Part shown: positions 38,466 to 47,555 of the stretch, one piece after another
Position numbering within the stretch: the stretch's first letter is position 1
Layout of the letters: the number at the start of each line of letters is the position of its first letter
Assembly (NCBI GenBank): GCA_037441285.1
Contig: JBBISL010000001.1
Span: forward strand, 78,663-142,662
From: a candidate division WOR-3 bacterium
GTDB taxonomy: Bacteria > Hydrothermota > Tepidihabitantia > Tepidihabitantales > Tepidihabitantaceae
Length of the DNA stretch: 64,000 bases
Direction of reading: 5' to 3'
The notes under the pieces: model-generated
Seen by the model: the letters and a program-made list of their open reading frames with translations, nothing else
The model's database searches: none
Told to the model about the DNA's origin: nothing
Translations under genes and position numbers: made by a program

Positions 38466-40069
38466 ATTTGAAAAATGGCGCTTAAATCTTTCCGGGAAAC
38501 AACCGTATCTTTTTCAAACCTTTCATCTGGTAACGGATGGTCCTGGTTGTAATGCAAGCCGCGGGATTCAAGGCGCCGTCGGGCACAGGTGACGATAAGA
38601 TAGGATACAGTAAGCATATTTTTCAGTTCAAAGATATCGATGGTTTGGGTGCCTCCCTTGATTAATTCGGCAGCTCTGTTAATCATTTTAGTCAATTCTG
38701 CTTCTGCTTCAGCAAGGCCGGCATCGGTCCGGACGATACCGGCATTACGCCACATCGTGTCCCGTAACTTGTTAACAATTGTTTCACTCTCCGGGCTTTT
38801 TCTGTTTTCGACCCTAAAAAAATCTGGAAGCAAAAATGCGTCCTCTTTTTTAAACTTGATAACTTCTTTTGCCCGAACTGCTGCTCTTTCGGCAAATACT
38901 AATGCTTCCAGAAGCGAGTTGGAAGCCAGCCGATTGGCGCCGTGCAAACCGCTGCAGGCGCATTCACCAGCGGCAAACAGATTTTTAATAGAAGTTTCGG
39001 CCCAGGAGTTTATCTGGACACCACCGCAAACATAATGAGCTGCGGGCACAACCGGAATCGGCTCCCGGGTAATATCGATACCGAGTCTCAAACAGGTCTG
39101 GTAAATCGTCGGGAAACGGGTTATTAACTTTTCTGCTGAAATTGAAGTACAATCAAGTAAAACAAAGTCGTCACCCCGCCGCGACAGTTCCGCCGCAATT
39201 GCTCGAGCAACAACATCGCGGGGCGCCAGCGAACCATCCGGATGGTACGCCGGCATAAACTCTTTTCCATCTTTGGTGCGCAAAACCGCGCCTTCCCCGC
39301 GAACCGCTTCGGAAATCAGAAAAACCCGGTCATCAATTCGAGAACCAAAAAGGGTTGTGGGGTGAAACTGAATAAACTCCATATTTGCTATCTTCGCCCC
39401 GGCACGAAACGCCATTGCAATCCCATCCCCCGTCGCAATCGCGGGATTTGTTGTGTGACGATAAACCTGACCAATACCACCGGTTGCAAGCAAACAAACT
39501 TTTGCAAGAACGGTTTTTACAACTCCGGTCGATTTGTCGAGGATAAACGCCCCGTGACAGGAACCGGTATCGTCAACAATAAGGTCAATGGTAAAATGTT
39601 CCTCCCAGATTGTTACATCGGGATGGGAGCGCACTGCTTGCAGTAATCCCCGCTCAATCTCAGCACCAGTGGCATCGCGGGCATGAACAATTCGCCGGCG
39701 GCGGTGTCCGCCTTCTTGGCCCAACTCAAACTTCGGCTCACCCTGGGTTTGCTCCAATGTTGAAAATTTTATTCCCAATGCCCACAACTCCCGGACCAAA
39801 CGCGGACCGGCTTCGGTAACCATATGAACAATTTCCGGGTGTGCTAACCCGGCTCCTACCCGCATCGTATCCTCGTAATGGAGCCGCGGATTGTCATCTT
39901 GCGCAACTGCCGCAGCAATGCCCCCTTGCGCGTAATTGGTGTTAGATTCGGCGCTATCCTTTTTCGTAACTATCAAAACTTTGCCTTTATCACCAACCTT
40001 CCAGGCAAACCATAAACCGGCAATACCCGAACCGATTACTAAGTAATCAACCCGCGTTATCTCTGCCAT
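38462..40069 (-). CDS. nadB: L-aspartate oxidase
   Basis: GSGIAGL, AQGGIA, EGGH..RR, QFHPT, SEAVRGEG, LAPRDVV, HGANRLASNSLLE, ESRGLH; start placed at ATG 40069. Confidence 0.96.
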   Translation of the reverse strand: MAEITRVDYLVIGSGIAGLWFAWKVGDKGKVLIVTKKDSAESNTNYAQGGIAAAVAQDDNPRLHYEDTMRVGAGLAHPEIVHMVTEAGPRLVRELWALGIKFSTLEQTQGEPKFELGQEGGHRRRRIVHARDATGAEIERGLLQAVRSHPDVTIWEEHFTIDLIVDDTGSCHGAFILDKSTGVVKTVLAKVCLLATGGIGQVYRHTTNPAIATGDGIAMAFRAGAKIANMEFIQFHPTTLFGSRIDDRVFLISEAVRGEGAVLRTKDGKEFMPAYHPDGSLAPRDVVARAIAAELSRRGDDFVLLDCTSISAEKLITRFPTIYQTCLRLGIDITREPIPVVPAAHYVCGGVQINSWAETSIKNLFAAGECACSGLHGANRLASNSLLEALVFAERAAVRAKEVIKFKKEDAFLLPDFFRVENRKSPESETIVNKLRDTMWRNAGIVRTDAGLAEAEAELTKMINRAAELIKGGTQTIDIFELKNMLTVSYLIVTCARRRLESRGLHYNQDHPLPDERFEKDTVVSRKDLSAIFQI

Positions 40070-40073
40070 CAAA

Positions 40074-40736
40074 CTAAAAGCGCCAGCCGACCGCAATCCC
40101 TAACTGGCCAGTTGCGGGCTTAATTTCAACCCTTTTGCTCAAAGGCGGCTCGGGCAGGAAAAACAGACAGTCAAATGCGCTGACCAAACGATTCAGCACC
40201 AGACCAGCAGCTAAGAAACTAACCGTCATTCCCGCATTGCGCGCCGCCCGCCGTGTCTGCCAGAAGGAATAAATTCGGATTGAATCTGAACTCCAGTTCC
40301 ACTCCTGGTTGCCAAAATAGCCCCGGCTTTCATAATAACGGCGCTGGGCATCAGGGTCGTCAGGATAAAGTTCCCTTGCCACGCGCCGGATATCCTCGTT
40401 GTACTCTGCACTGCTTTTGTAGCGTTCAAGCGCCCGGTAGTAGTTAGGGTCTTTGATAGCAATATCCGCGCCGGCGAATCTTCGGGCAATCAGTCGCGCA
40501 TCCGCTTCTTTACTTGTTTTGTACCAGGAAAAACCCGCCCAACCGAGCCACATAACACCATCTGCCCAGAGCATCGCTTCTCCTCGCGTACGTACCCCGG
40601 AAATTAGTTGTCCGGTTCCCGGCAAAATCGCCGAGGCAAGCGCCGCTTTACCTAATGACGGGTCTGCTTTCTTATTTTGCGGGGTTGGCGCGGACGGTGT
40701 TAAACCGACGATGATAAATGCAATAATTAAACTCAT
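40074..40736 (-). CDS. hypothetical membrane/exported protein
   Basis: signal-like N-terminus, SAILPG.GQ motif, hydrophobic helices, ends in WRF. Confidence 0.7.
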   Translation of the reverse strand: MSLIIAFIIVGLTPSAPTPQNKKADPSLGKAALASAILPGTGQLISGVRTRGEAMLWADGVMWLGWAGFSWYKTSKEADARLIARRFAGADIAIKDPNYYRALERYKSSAEYNEDIRRVARELYPDDPDAQRRYYESRGYFGNQEWNWSSDSIRIYSFWQTRRAARNAGMTVSFLAAGLVLNRLVSAFDCLFFLPEPPLSKRVEIKPATGQLGIAVGWRF

Positions 40737-40748
40737 TACTCCTCCTGA

Positions 40749-43478
40749 CTATTGAACAATTAACTTTCTAACCTCTACTTCTTTTCCCTCTCTTATCCTC
40801 AAAAAATACACTCCGGGTTTAAATGAACCAAAGTCAAATGATGCTTTATCCGCAAGCACTCGTTTGCCTTCATATTGGCGGCCCGCAGTGTCATAAATTT
40901 GGACTATCCCACCTGCCGGAACCTCAATCATGAACCGTTTCTGATTGGTGACGACAGTGGGAAAAACGACTCTTGGAGTGCCTGATGTCGGCGGGCTTGG
41001 GTGTATTTCTTCCACCCCGATTAAATTCCAATCGGTCAACTTGGCATAGATATCCCAACCCAGATGGCGCCGATTGTCTGTCCAGGTCCAGGCGATACGG
41101 GAACTACTGGCTGCGACACTCTGTCCCACTGTCCAATGGGTATTTTTCGGGAAATAGTTAGGTTCATTTATCCTGGCATTAGTGCCAATTCGGGTTCTAT
41201 CAGCACGAAACCGTTGACAGTAAATCTGGGGATTACCAGCAATCTCCCGTTCGTCATTAAATAAAACAACTAACCTACCTGATGGGTCAAAAGCACAACT
41301 GGGTGAATAACAGTCGCTACCGCCGGAGTTGTCATTAACCCGCTCGTTGTCGCCAAGTCTATTGCCCAGCGAGTCCAGCCACTGAAGATAAACATCGTAA
41401 TTGCCATTTCTCGTGTCTTCCCAGGTGATGGCGATAGTGCGGTCTTCGGCAATCGCACACGATGGGTATCCCTGATAAACTGTACCGGCGTCGGTATTAA
41501 CTCTGATATTTCTACCAATTCGTGAACCGTCGTTTCGGAACAATTGGCAGTAAATGTTGTAATCTCCGTCACGGTTATCCATCCAGGACACAACCCAGTA
41601 GCCGTTGGAATTCATCACCACGCTCGCATAGGCACCTTCCGCTGCCGTGTCTGCAACCGGAAATTCTTCTCCTACTGGATTGCCTGCCTCATCATAGCGA
41701 CGGGCATAAATCCGGTACTGTCTTTCCCGATAGTCCATCCAGACAACCACGGCACGATTAAACGAATCCATTGCACAATATGGATACCACTGGAAATTGT
41801 TGCCGGCATCGGAGTTAACACGAAAATTACCACCCAGTTTTTGGCCAGAAAAGTCCAGAAACTGCGCGTAAATGTCGCCGTCAGCACGATTGTCAAACCA
41901 GGCAACGATAAACTTATGATTTCCACCGGCAACACTTGGATAATACTGGGCGGCGCCACCGGCATCCTCATTCAACCGAAGATTTGAAGCAAGTTCGTTT
42001 CCTGAAGAATCAAGCCCCGTCGGATAGATATCACAGGAAAGTCCCCTTTCATCCTCCCAGGCAATGACAATGTTTCCTTTTCGTTCCATTCCGATTGAAG
42101 AACACCGTTGATGGGCACTGGCATAATCGTCATTGACCCGGAAGTTGGTACCACGCGGCAAACCATTGCGGTCCAGACGCTGACCATAGATGTCAAAATT
42201 ACCGTTGCGGGAGTCACTCCAAAAAATCCAGTAGCCGCCATCCGGAGTGGCAACAACCGCGGGCGAATTTTGGGCTGTAGAACCGATGTCGTCGTTAACC
42301 TTAAACTCAACACCTATTCGGTTACCGCTGGAGTCAAATCTCTGACAATAGATATCTTCGTTGCCGTTTCTTGTGTCGGTCCAGACAACGATAAACTCTC
42401 CAAAGTTATTTATCGCACAGGCGCCGCTGTACTGGTCGGTGCTACCGGCATCAGCATTCACCCGAAAATTAGAACCAAGCGGTGCTCCATCAGAACTGTA
42501 TATTTGAGCATAGACATCCCAATTCGCTCTTCGCCGGTCGTCCCAGGTGACAACAAACCAACCAGTTGACGTACAGGCAATTTTGGGTGTCCATTGTGTG
42601 CTGTCATCCGGGGTCACCAGCACATTGTTACCCAGCCGATTGCCGGTTCGGTCAAACCGTTGAAAAAATATGTCCCAGTTGCCTCTTCGTCCGTCCATCC
42701 ATACAACAACAAATCTATTGGAGTCGTCGCCACTGACATCGGGTTCGTATTGATTGCCATAACCGATTGGGTCATCATTGACCCGAAAATTACCGCCCAG
42801 GGGTGAACCATCAGGGTTGTAAAACTGGGCAAATATATCTCCGGTTAAACCATAGCGACGGTCATCCCAGGTAATTAATGTTGTCCCGTCAGGCGCTGTA
42901 TAAATAGCCGAGATACTCTGGTCACCGGACACACCAGAATCACTTACCCGAAAGTTATCACCAAGGCGGTTGCCTACCGAGTCAAATCGTTGCGCAAATA
43001 CATCGGAATTTCCAATCTCCCTTCGGTCCTCCCAGGAAAATGTCCAGCCGTTTTCTGGTCCCATTGCTGCTGCCGGGTCACCCTGCCAGCCCAAAGTGAC
43101 ATCCGTGTTTATTCGTTCGTTAACACCAATTCGTTCCCCTGCGGCGTCAAACCGCTGGAACCAGACATCAGCATCCCCATCCCGAAAATCACACCAGACA
43201 ACGATAAAGTTTCCATTGGCGCCAATCGCCACCTCAGGGCTGATGTGTTTACATCCGCCAATGGTATCGTCATTACACACAAAATCGGTTCTGATAACGC
43301 TGTCGACGCCATCTCTCCTCGAATAAGTCGCTCGTCCGCTGCGGTTGGGCAAAGAACCAATAGGTAACGGCCGGGGATTCTCGGGGCTGCGTTCAATTAA
43401 CATTCGTTCGGGGGTTAAGAAGTTCTGGGTTGTTTCGGGCAAAAGCAACCAACCGAGCAAAAGAGCGCAAAATATCAT
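40749..43478 (-). CDS. secreted 14-repeat beta-propeller-like protein with C-terminal sorting domain
   Basis: signal peptide; 14 repeats of about 54 aa (NFRVN.D...Q..P.....F.V.W.D.R.G..DIY.Q..D..G...G); C-terminal IYD.AGR...GVYFLR...KLIVQ. Confidence 0.85.
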   Translation of the reverse strand: MIFCALLLGWLLLPETTQNFLTPERMLIERSPENPRPLPIGSLPNRSGRATYSRRDGVDSVIRTDFVCNDDTIGGCKHISPEVAIGANGNFIVVWCDFRDGDADVWFQRFDAAGERIGVNERINTDVTLGWQGDPAAAMGPENGWTFSWEDRREIGNSDVFAQRFDSVGNRLGDNFRVSDSGVSGDQSISAIYTAPDGTTLITWDDRRYGLTGDIFAQFYNPDGSPLGGNFRVNDDPIGYGNQYEPDVSGDDSNRFVVVWMDGRRGNWDIFFQRFDRTGNRLGNNVLVTPDDSTQWTPKIACTSTGWFVVTWDDRRRANWDVYAQIYSSDGAPLGSNFRVNADAGSTDQYSGACAINNFGEFIVVWTDTRNGNEDIYCQRFDSSGNRIGVEFKVNDDIGSTAQNSPAVVATPDGGYWIFWSDSRNGNFDIYGQRLDRNGLPRGTNFRVNDDYASAHQRCSSIGMERKGNIVIAWEDERGLSCDIYPTGLDSSGNELASNLRLNEDAGGAAQYYPSVAGGNHKFIVAWFDNRADGDIYAQFLDFSGQKLGGNFRVNSDAGNNFQWYPYCAMDSFNRAVVVWMDYRERQYRIYARRYDEAGNPVGEEFPVADTAAEGAYASVVMNSNGYWVVSWMDNRDGDYNIYCQLFRNDGSRIGRNIRVNTDAGTVYQGYPSCAIAEDRTIAITWEDTRNGNYDVYLQWLDSLGNRLGDNERVNDNSGGSDCYSPSCAFDPSGRLVVLFNDEREIAGNPQIYCQRFRADRTRIGTNARINEPNYFPKNTHWTVGQSVAASSSRIAWTWTDNRRHLGWDIYAKLTDWNLIGVEEIHPSPPTSGTPRVVFPTVVTNQKRFMIEVPAGGIVQIYDTAGRQYEGKRVLADKASFDFGSFKPGVYFLRIREGKEVEVRKLIVQ

Positions 43479-46400
43479 CGAACAATCGCCAGTTTGGCAA
43501 AACGAATGATATCGCTCTGCCCGTTTTCAATCCGCAACCGTACCACATAGAGTCCGGGTGGTATATTCTTTAAATCAACAGCAGCTTCGTTGTCGAGCAA
43601 AGGAACCGCTTGGCCTGCAAACTCATCAATTACCGGTTTTCCGCTCATATCCAGCACCATCAACCAAACTTTGCCCGAATTAGAACCCAGACGATATCGA
43701 ATCGTCACATTTTCACCGGCGGGATTAGGATAAACATAAAAAGATTGCACAAGATTTTCTGGCTGCTGGGGAAAATCGGGCAAATAGGAAAGGGGAACAA
43801 AGCCTGTGTGGCAGGAGTTATAATTGGCACAGGACCAGACCGCCTCAGGAGACGAGCCCGGAATTTTATACGCATAGAACACCCCGTTGTCCGAGCCGGC
43901 AACGATTTCTATCACACCATCATTGTCAATATCGGCAACCAGCGGAATGGCACTAACCGGAGCGGTAGTTTGCAAAGGGAAAAATGGTAACATTTTACCT
44001 GTTTTGCCATCATACCCGAGAAGACCGTACTGAGGTGAGCCAATAATCAAATCTAAGACATCGTCGTTATTCAAATCGGCAATAACCGGCGATGAGGTAT
44101 AATTAAAAGGTACATCATAAGTTATAATCCAGTTCCCTGCCAGTTCCTGAGTAGTATAGGTCGACTCATGAACAAATGGGTAGTTGGTGACCAGAGTTCC
44201 GTTTGGGTTGAAGGCGTAAATTTTGTGTCGGGAAGCAGCAACAATATCAAGATAGCCATCACCGTTCAAATCAGCGACCGCCGGTTGTCCAGCAAATGGA
44301 TACTCAATCATTTTTTCCGAGCAGTATGCAATCCTGCCGTCATGTTCCACACTGTAAAGTTAATAAACGTCCTCTCACACCGCGATAACCGCAATTTCCA
44401 TAACACTATCCCGGTCAAAATCGGCAACAATCGGTTGACTCACCGCATAGAATGACGAAACTCCCAAAACTACCGGGAAGTTGGGAACAACCGAACCATC
44501 CGGGTTGATTAAAAAAAGACGGTGGTCTCCAGTGAGAAGCACAATTTTCGGTTGAATCGTATCGGTAACCGCAACCGGTGCCCTGATTTCTGAACCGACA
44601 TTCAGGGGAAATCCGGGTAACGCCACACCCTGATAATTCCAGGCATAAAGTTTCCCATCGGTTGAACCCACAATAACATCCCTTAACCCATCGCCATCAA
44701 TATCAACAAGTACCGGTGCGGCGGTAATTCGGTCTAATGTCCGCATTGTCGCAATGGACTGGCCGATAGCCCCATAAATCCGGACTCTACCATCTTCGCC
44801 AGCCACGACCACTTCAAACCCGGGACTGGGCGCAACATCACCAACCGCGACATCGGCACTGATACCTGTCCCGATGTTAACAAAACTACCATTGGGAAAC
44901 CGATACCCTCTGCCATCAGGTTCCCAGATGCTAATCTGACCCGCGCTATCTGCGGTAATAATCTCCTGGATACCATTCCCATCGATATCAGCCGTAAATG
45001 AAGAAAGGAACCGTGAGCCCCGATTCTGGTTAACGGCAAAACCTGATTGATAAAGCTCCCAGTTAATCCGCAAAGGAATCACGGTGTCTTTCAGTCGGTT
45101 GACTGTGTCTCTTTCCCCAAAAAGTTCTACCGCAATAAATGTTTTTCCAGTATAACCATCGCTATTCGGATTGGTCTGGGCGTTAAAACGGTCATTATAA
45201 CCCTGCTTAGAAAAAGCATCGAATTTATATCCGTAGACTTCGTACTGGTAATTGTAAGTCTGCCAGTAGGGCACATCAAAATCCTGAACCCCATCCCCCT
45301 CTTCAAGGTCAACCCCTTTGTGTTCCGGAAAAATATTGACCGCATTGTAGGGACCGTAGTCAGCGAGAACCTTTTCGTCAATGTGCCAGATTAAAATCCC
45401 AGAACCGGGCTGGAAAAAGTCGTATTCGTTCGACTCAACAGAAATTACCACTCCATCTTCAGCATCAACGATGATGGTGTCGGGCTTTCGGACATCGGTT
45501 TGCCGATTTTCAATCAAGAAGTACTCATGCTCATTAATGGGTACTTTAACAACCCGGGGGAATAGACTTTCGGGCTGGGAGTGGAACAGTTCGGTATCCA
45601 CTGCTGCGGCAAAGACCAAAAGCGATTCCACAGGGGTCTGAACTACTGTTGGTTTAACAAGTCCGAGTTTGACCCGATTATAAGCATCAAGAAATCCGGG
45701 TATTATCCCGGGTGGGGCACCAGCACCATAATCTCCTAACCAGCCACCGTAGCCCATTAAACTCCATGCCCCAACCCCCATTGTTACTCCGGTAACATCG
45801 TAAAGGTCATACGCGCCCAGAAGGTGGGCAAACTCGTGTGCGAGGGTTCCCGCTAAACCTACCATACCGGCAAGGTTGGTCTCCCCTGTTTCGGTCAGGG
45901 TATCCTGACGCATCATTTCGGGTAGCACTGTTGCCTGTTCAATGCGGGTTCTTCCGGAATCAACTAAAATGTACGGAACGCCGAGATACGCTTCTATCGC
46001 GCCCGGTGGAATTTCTCCGGCAAGCAAATCATAAGGACTGTCCCATTTCTCATCTGCCGCTAAATCAGACTGCAACCCGCTACCAGCATGGAAAATAATG
46101 AACTCATCGTAATCGCTGAAGTTTATCGAAGGGTCCTCATCGGCGAGCTTGAACGCATCGTGCATCAACCGCACCAGCCCGAACTCAATTCCCTCGTAGG
46201 AGATTGTATCGCCATAAAACATCATCTCCCTTGGTAATTGATAGGCAGCCTTTTCTTCATCAGGTACAACCCGAAAGTCAATATAAAGTCGGCCCTGAGA
46301 CTGGGCAAGGTAGTAGTTTCGCAAACCTTCCATTAACCTCTCAAAATACCGTTTGAAATGGGGTGGGTCGTAAAAGAGTCCGGAGTCAGGGGAAAGAAAT

Positions 46401-46735
46401 CCTAAAGTGTCAAACTTGCCATTACCCGTAGTTAAAGGTGTGGTATCTTCAACAAACTCCACCCGTATACATAGAACCCGCACCGTATCAACCCCGCCCT
46501 GCTGAAGCCTTTCAATCCGAGCCAAATCCCTGCTGGTTGGCTGGAAGCGAAACCGCTGGAATGGCGATGTTCTGTTCTGCATCACCGTTTGAGAAAGTAT
46601 CAGCCTTTTGCTGAACTCAATTTGAAGGTCTCTACCCGCTGCCGGTTGCCTGATTAAGGTCAGTTTTTCTGCGGCGCCAAATTCAAGGGATATGAAAATC
46701 AAGGTTAAAATTGTCGGAATTGATACTCGCTTCAA
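43475..46735 (-). pseudogene. secreted M6 (immune inhibitor A-like) metalloprotease + FG-GAP repeats + C-terminal sorting domain, broken by two in-frame stops
   Basis: IIFHAG, AHEFAHLLG.YDLYD, WSLMGYG, EYFLIENRQ, D.DGDG repeats, YVYPNP...GLY; TGA 44375-77 and TAA 44360-62 in one continuous frame; start placed at TTG 46735 behind GAGGA. Confidence 0.85.
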
Positions 46736-46761
46736 TTTTCCTCGCTTTACAAATTTAAAAG

Positions 46762-46849
46762 CGGAGAGAGAGGGATTCGAACCCCCGATACCCGTAAAGG
46801 GTATACGTGATTTCGAGTCACGCGCCTTCGTCCACTCGGCCATCTCTCC
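46762..46849 (-). tRNA. tRNA-Ser(CGA)
   Basis: GGAGAGA acceptor, CGTGA-CTCGAAA-TCACG anticodon arm, long variable arm, GGTTCGAATCC; no encoded CCA. Confidence 0.97.
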
Positions 46850-46859
46850 ACAAAACCTG

Positions 46860-47339
46860 TTATCCTAACGCCCGCTTTGATTCGCGCCTTTTCTTAAAAA
46901 AGGTTTTTAGAAGTTGTGCCGTCTCGTTTGCCAGGACACCTTCGGTAACATCAAGGCGATGGTTAAACTTATCGTCCCGGGCGATATCGTATTGCGAACC
47001 GAGACAACCAAACTTCTCATCCCGGGCTCCAAATACAACCCGTTTAGGTCGTGCCAGAATCAACGCACCGGTGCACATCAAGCATGGCTCAAGAGTTATG
47101 TAAACCGTTGCCCCGGTTAATCGCCAGTTACCAAGAGTGGTGGCGGCTGAAGTCAACGCCAGAATTTCGGCATGAGCGGTCGGGTCTTTAAGACTTTCCA
47201 CGCGATTATGGCCCCGCCCAATAATAACCCCTTCTTTAACCACCACACACCCCACTGGTACTTCACCCTCCTTAAGCCCCAGTTGTGCTTCGGCAAGGGC
47301 GAGTCGCATCCACCTTTCGTCTTCTTCTAAATTCCGCAT
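46860..47339 (-). CDS. tadA: tRNA adenosine(34) deaminase TadA
   Basis: EVPVG, DPTAHAE, TLEPCLMC, FF..RR. Confidence 0.95.
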   Translation of the reverse strand: MRNLEEDERWMRLALAEAQLGLKEGEVPVGCVVVKEGVIIGRGHNRVESLKDPTAHAEILALTSAATTLGNWRLTGATVYITLEPCLMCTGALILARPKRVVFGARDEKFGCLGSQYDIARDDKFNHRLDVTEGVLANETAQLLKTFFKKRRESKRALG

Positions 47340-47348
47340 CTTATATCA

Positions 47349-47422
47349 TGCGCCCGGCGCGATTCGAACGCGCAACCTACGGATTCGTAGTCCGGCACTC
47401 TATCCAGTTGAGCTACGGGCGC
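47349..47422 (-). tRNA. tRNA-Arg(ACG)
   Basis: GCGCCCG acceptor, loop CTACGAA, GTTCGAATC T-loop; no encoded CCA. Confidence 0.97.
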
Positions 47423-47434
47423 ATTCTTAAACCT

Positions 47435-47462
47435 ATTGTAGATTTACAATACAGAAAGTCAA
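47435..47462 (-). promoter_or_regulatory. promoter of tRNA-Arg-tadA-tRNA-Ser
   Basis: TTGACT-N16-TACAAT. Confidence 0.7.
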
Positions 47463-47555
47463 GCCCGAATAGTGAAAAGCTGCCTCGGCACTCTCTTACA
47501 TTACTCCCAAAGATGCGATTGAAGCCGTTTGAATAATCGTTAGCGTACCCCGCTG

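Noticed and set aside
44360..44377. Selenocysteine or stop-codon reassignment
   Set aside because: The TGA is followed by an in-frame TAA, the polX stop is TAA, and TAA, TGA and TAG all end normal genes elsewhere in the window.
46736..46843. N-terminal extension of the 822-aa ORF
   Set aside because: It overlaps tRNA-Ser(CGA); a TTG with an SD and signal peptide at 46735 is the better start.
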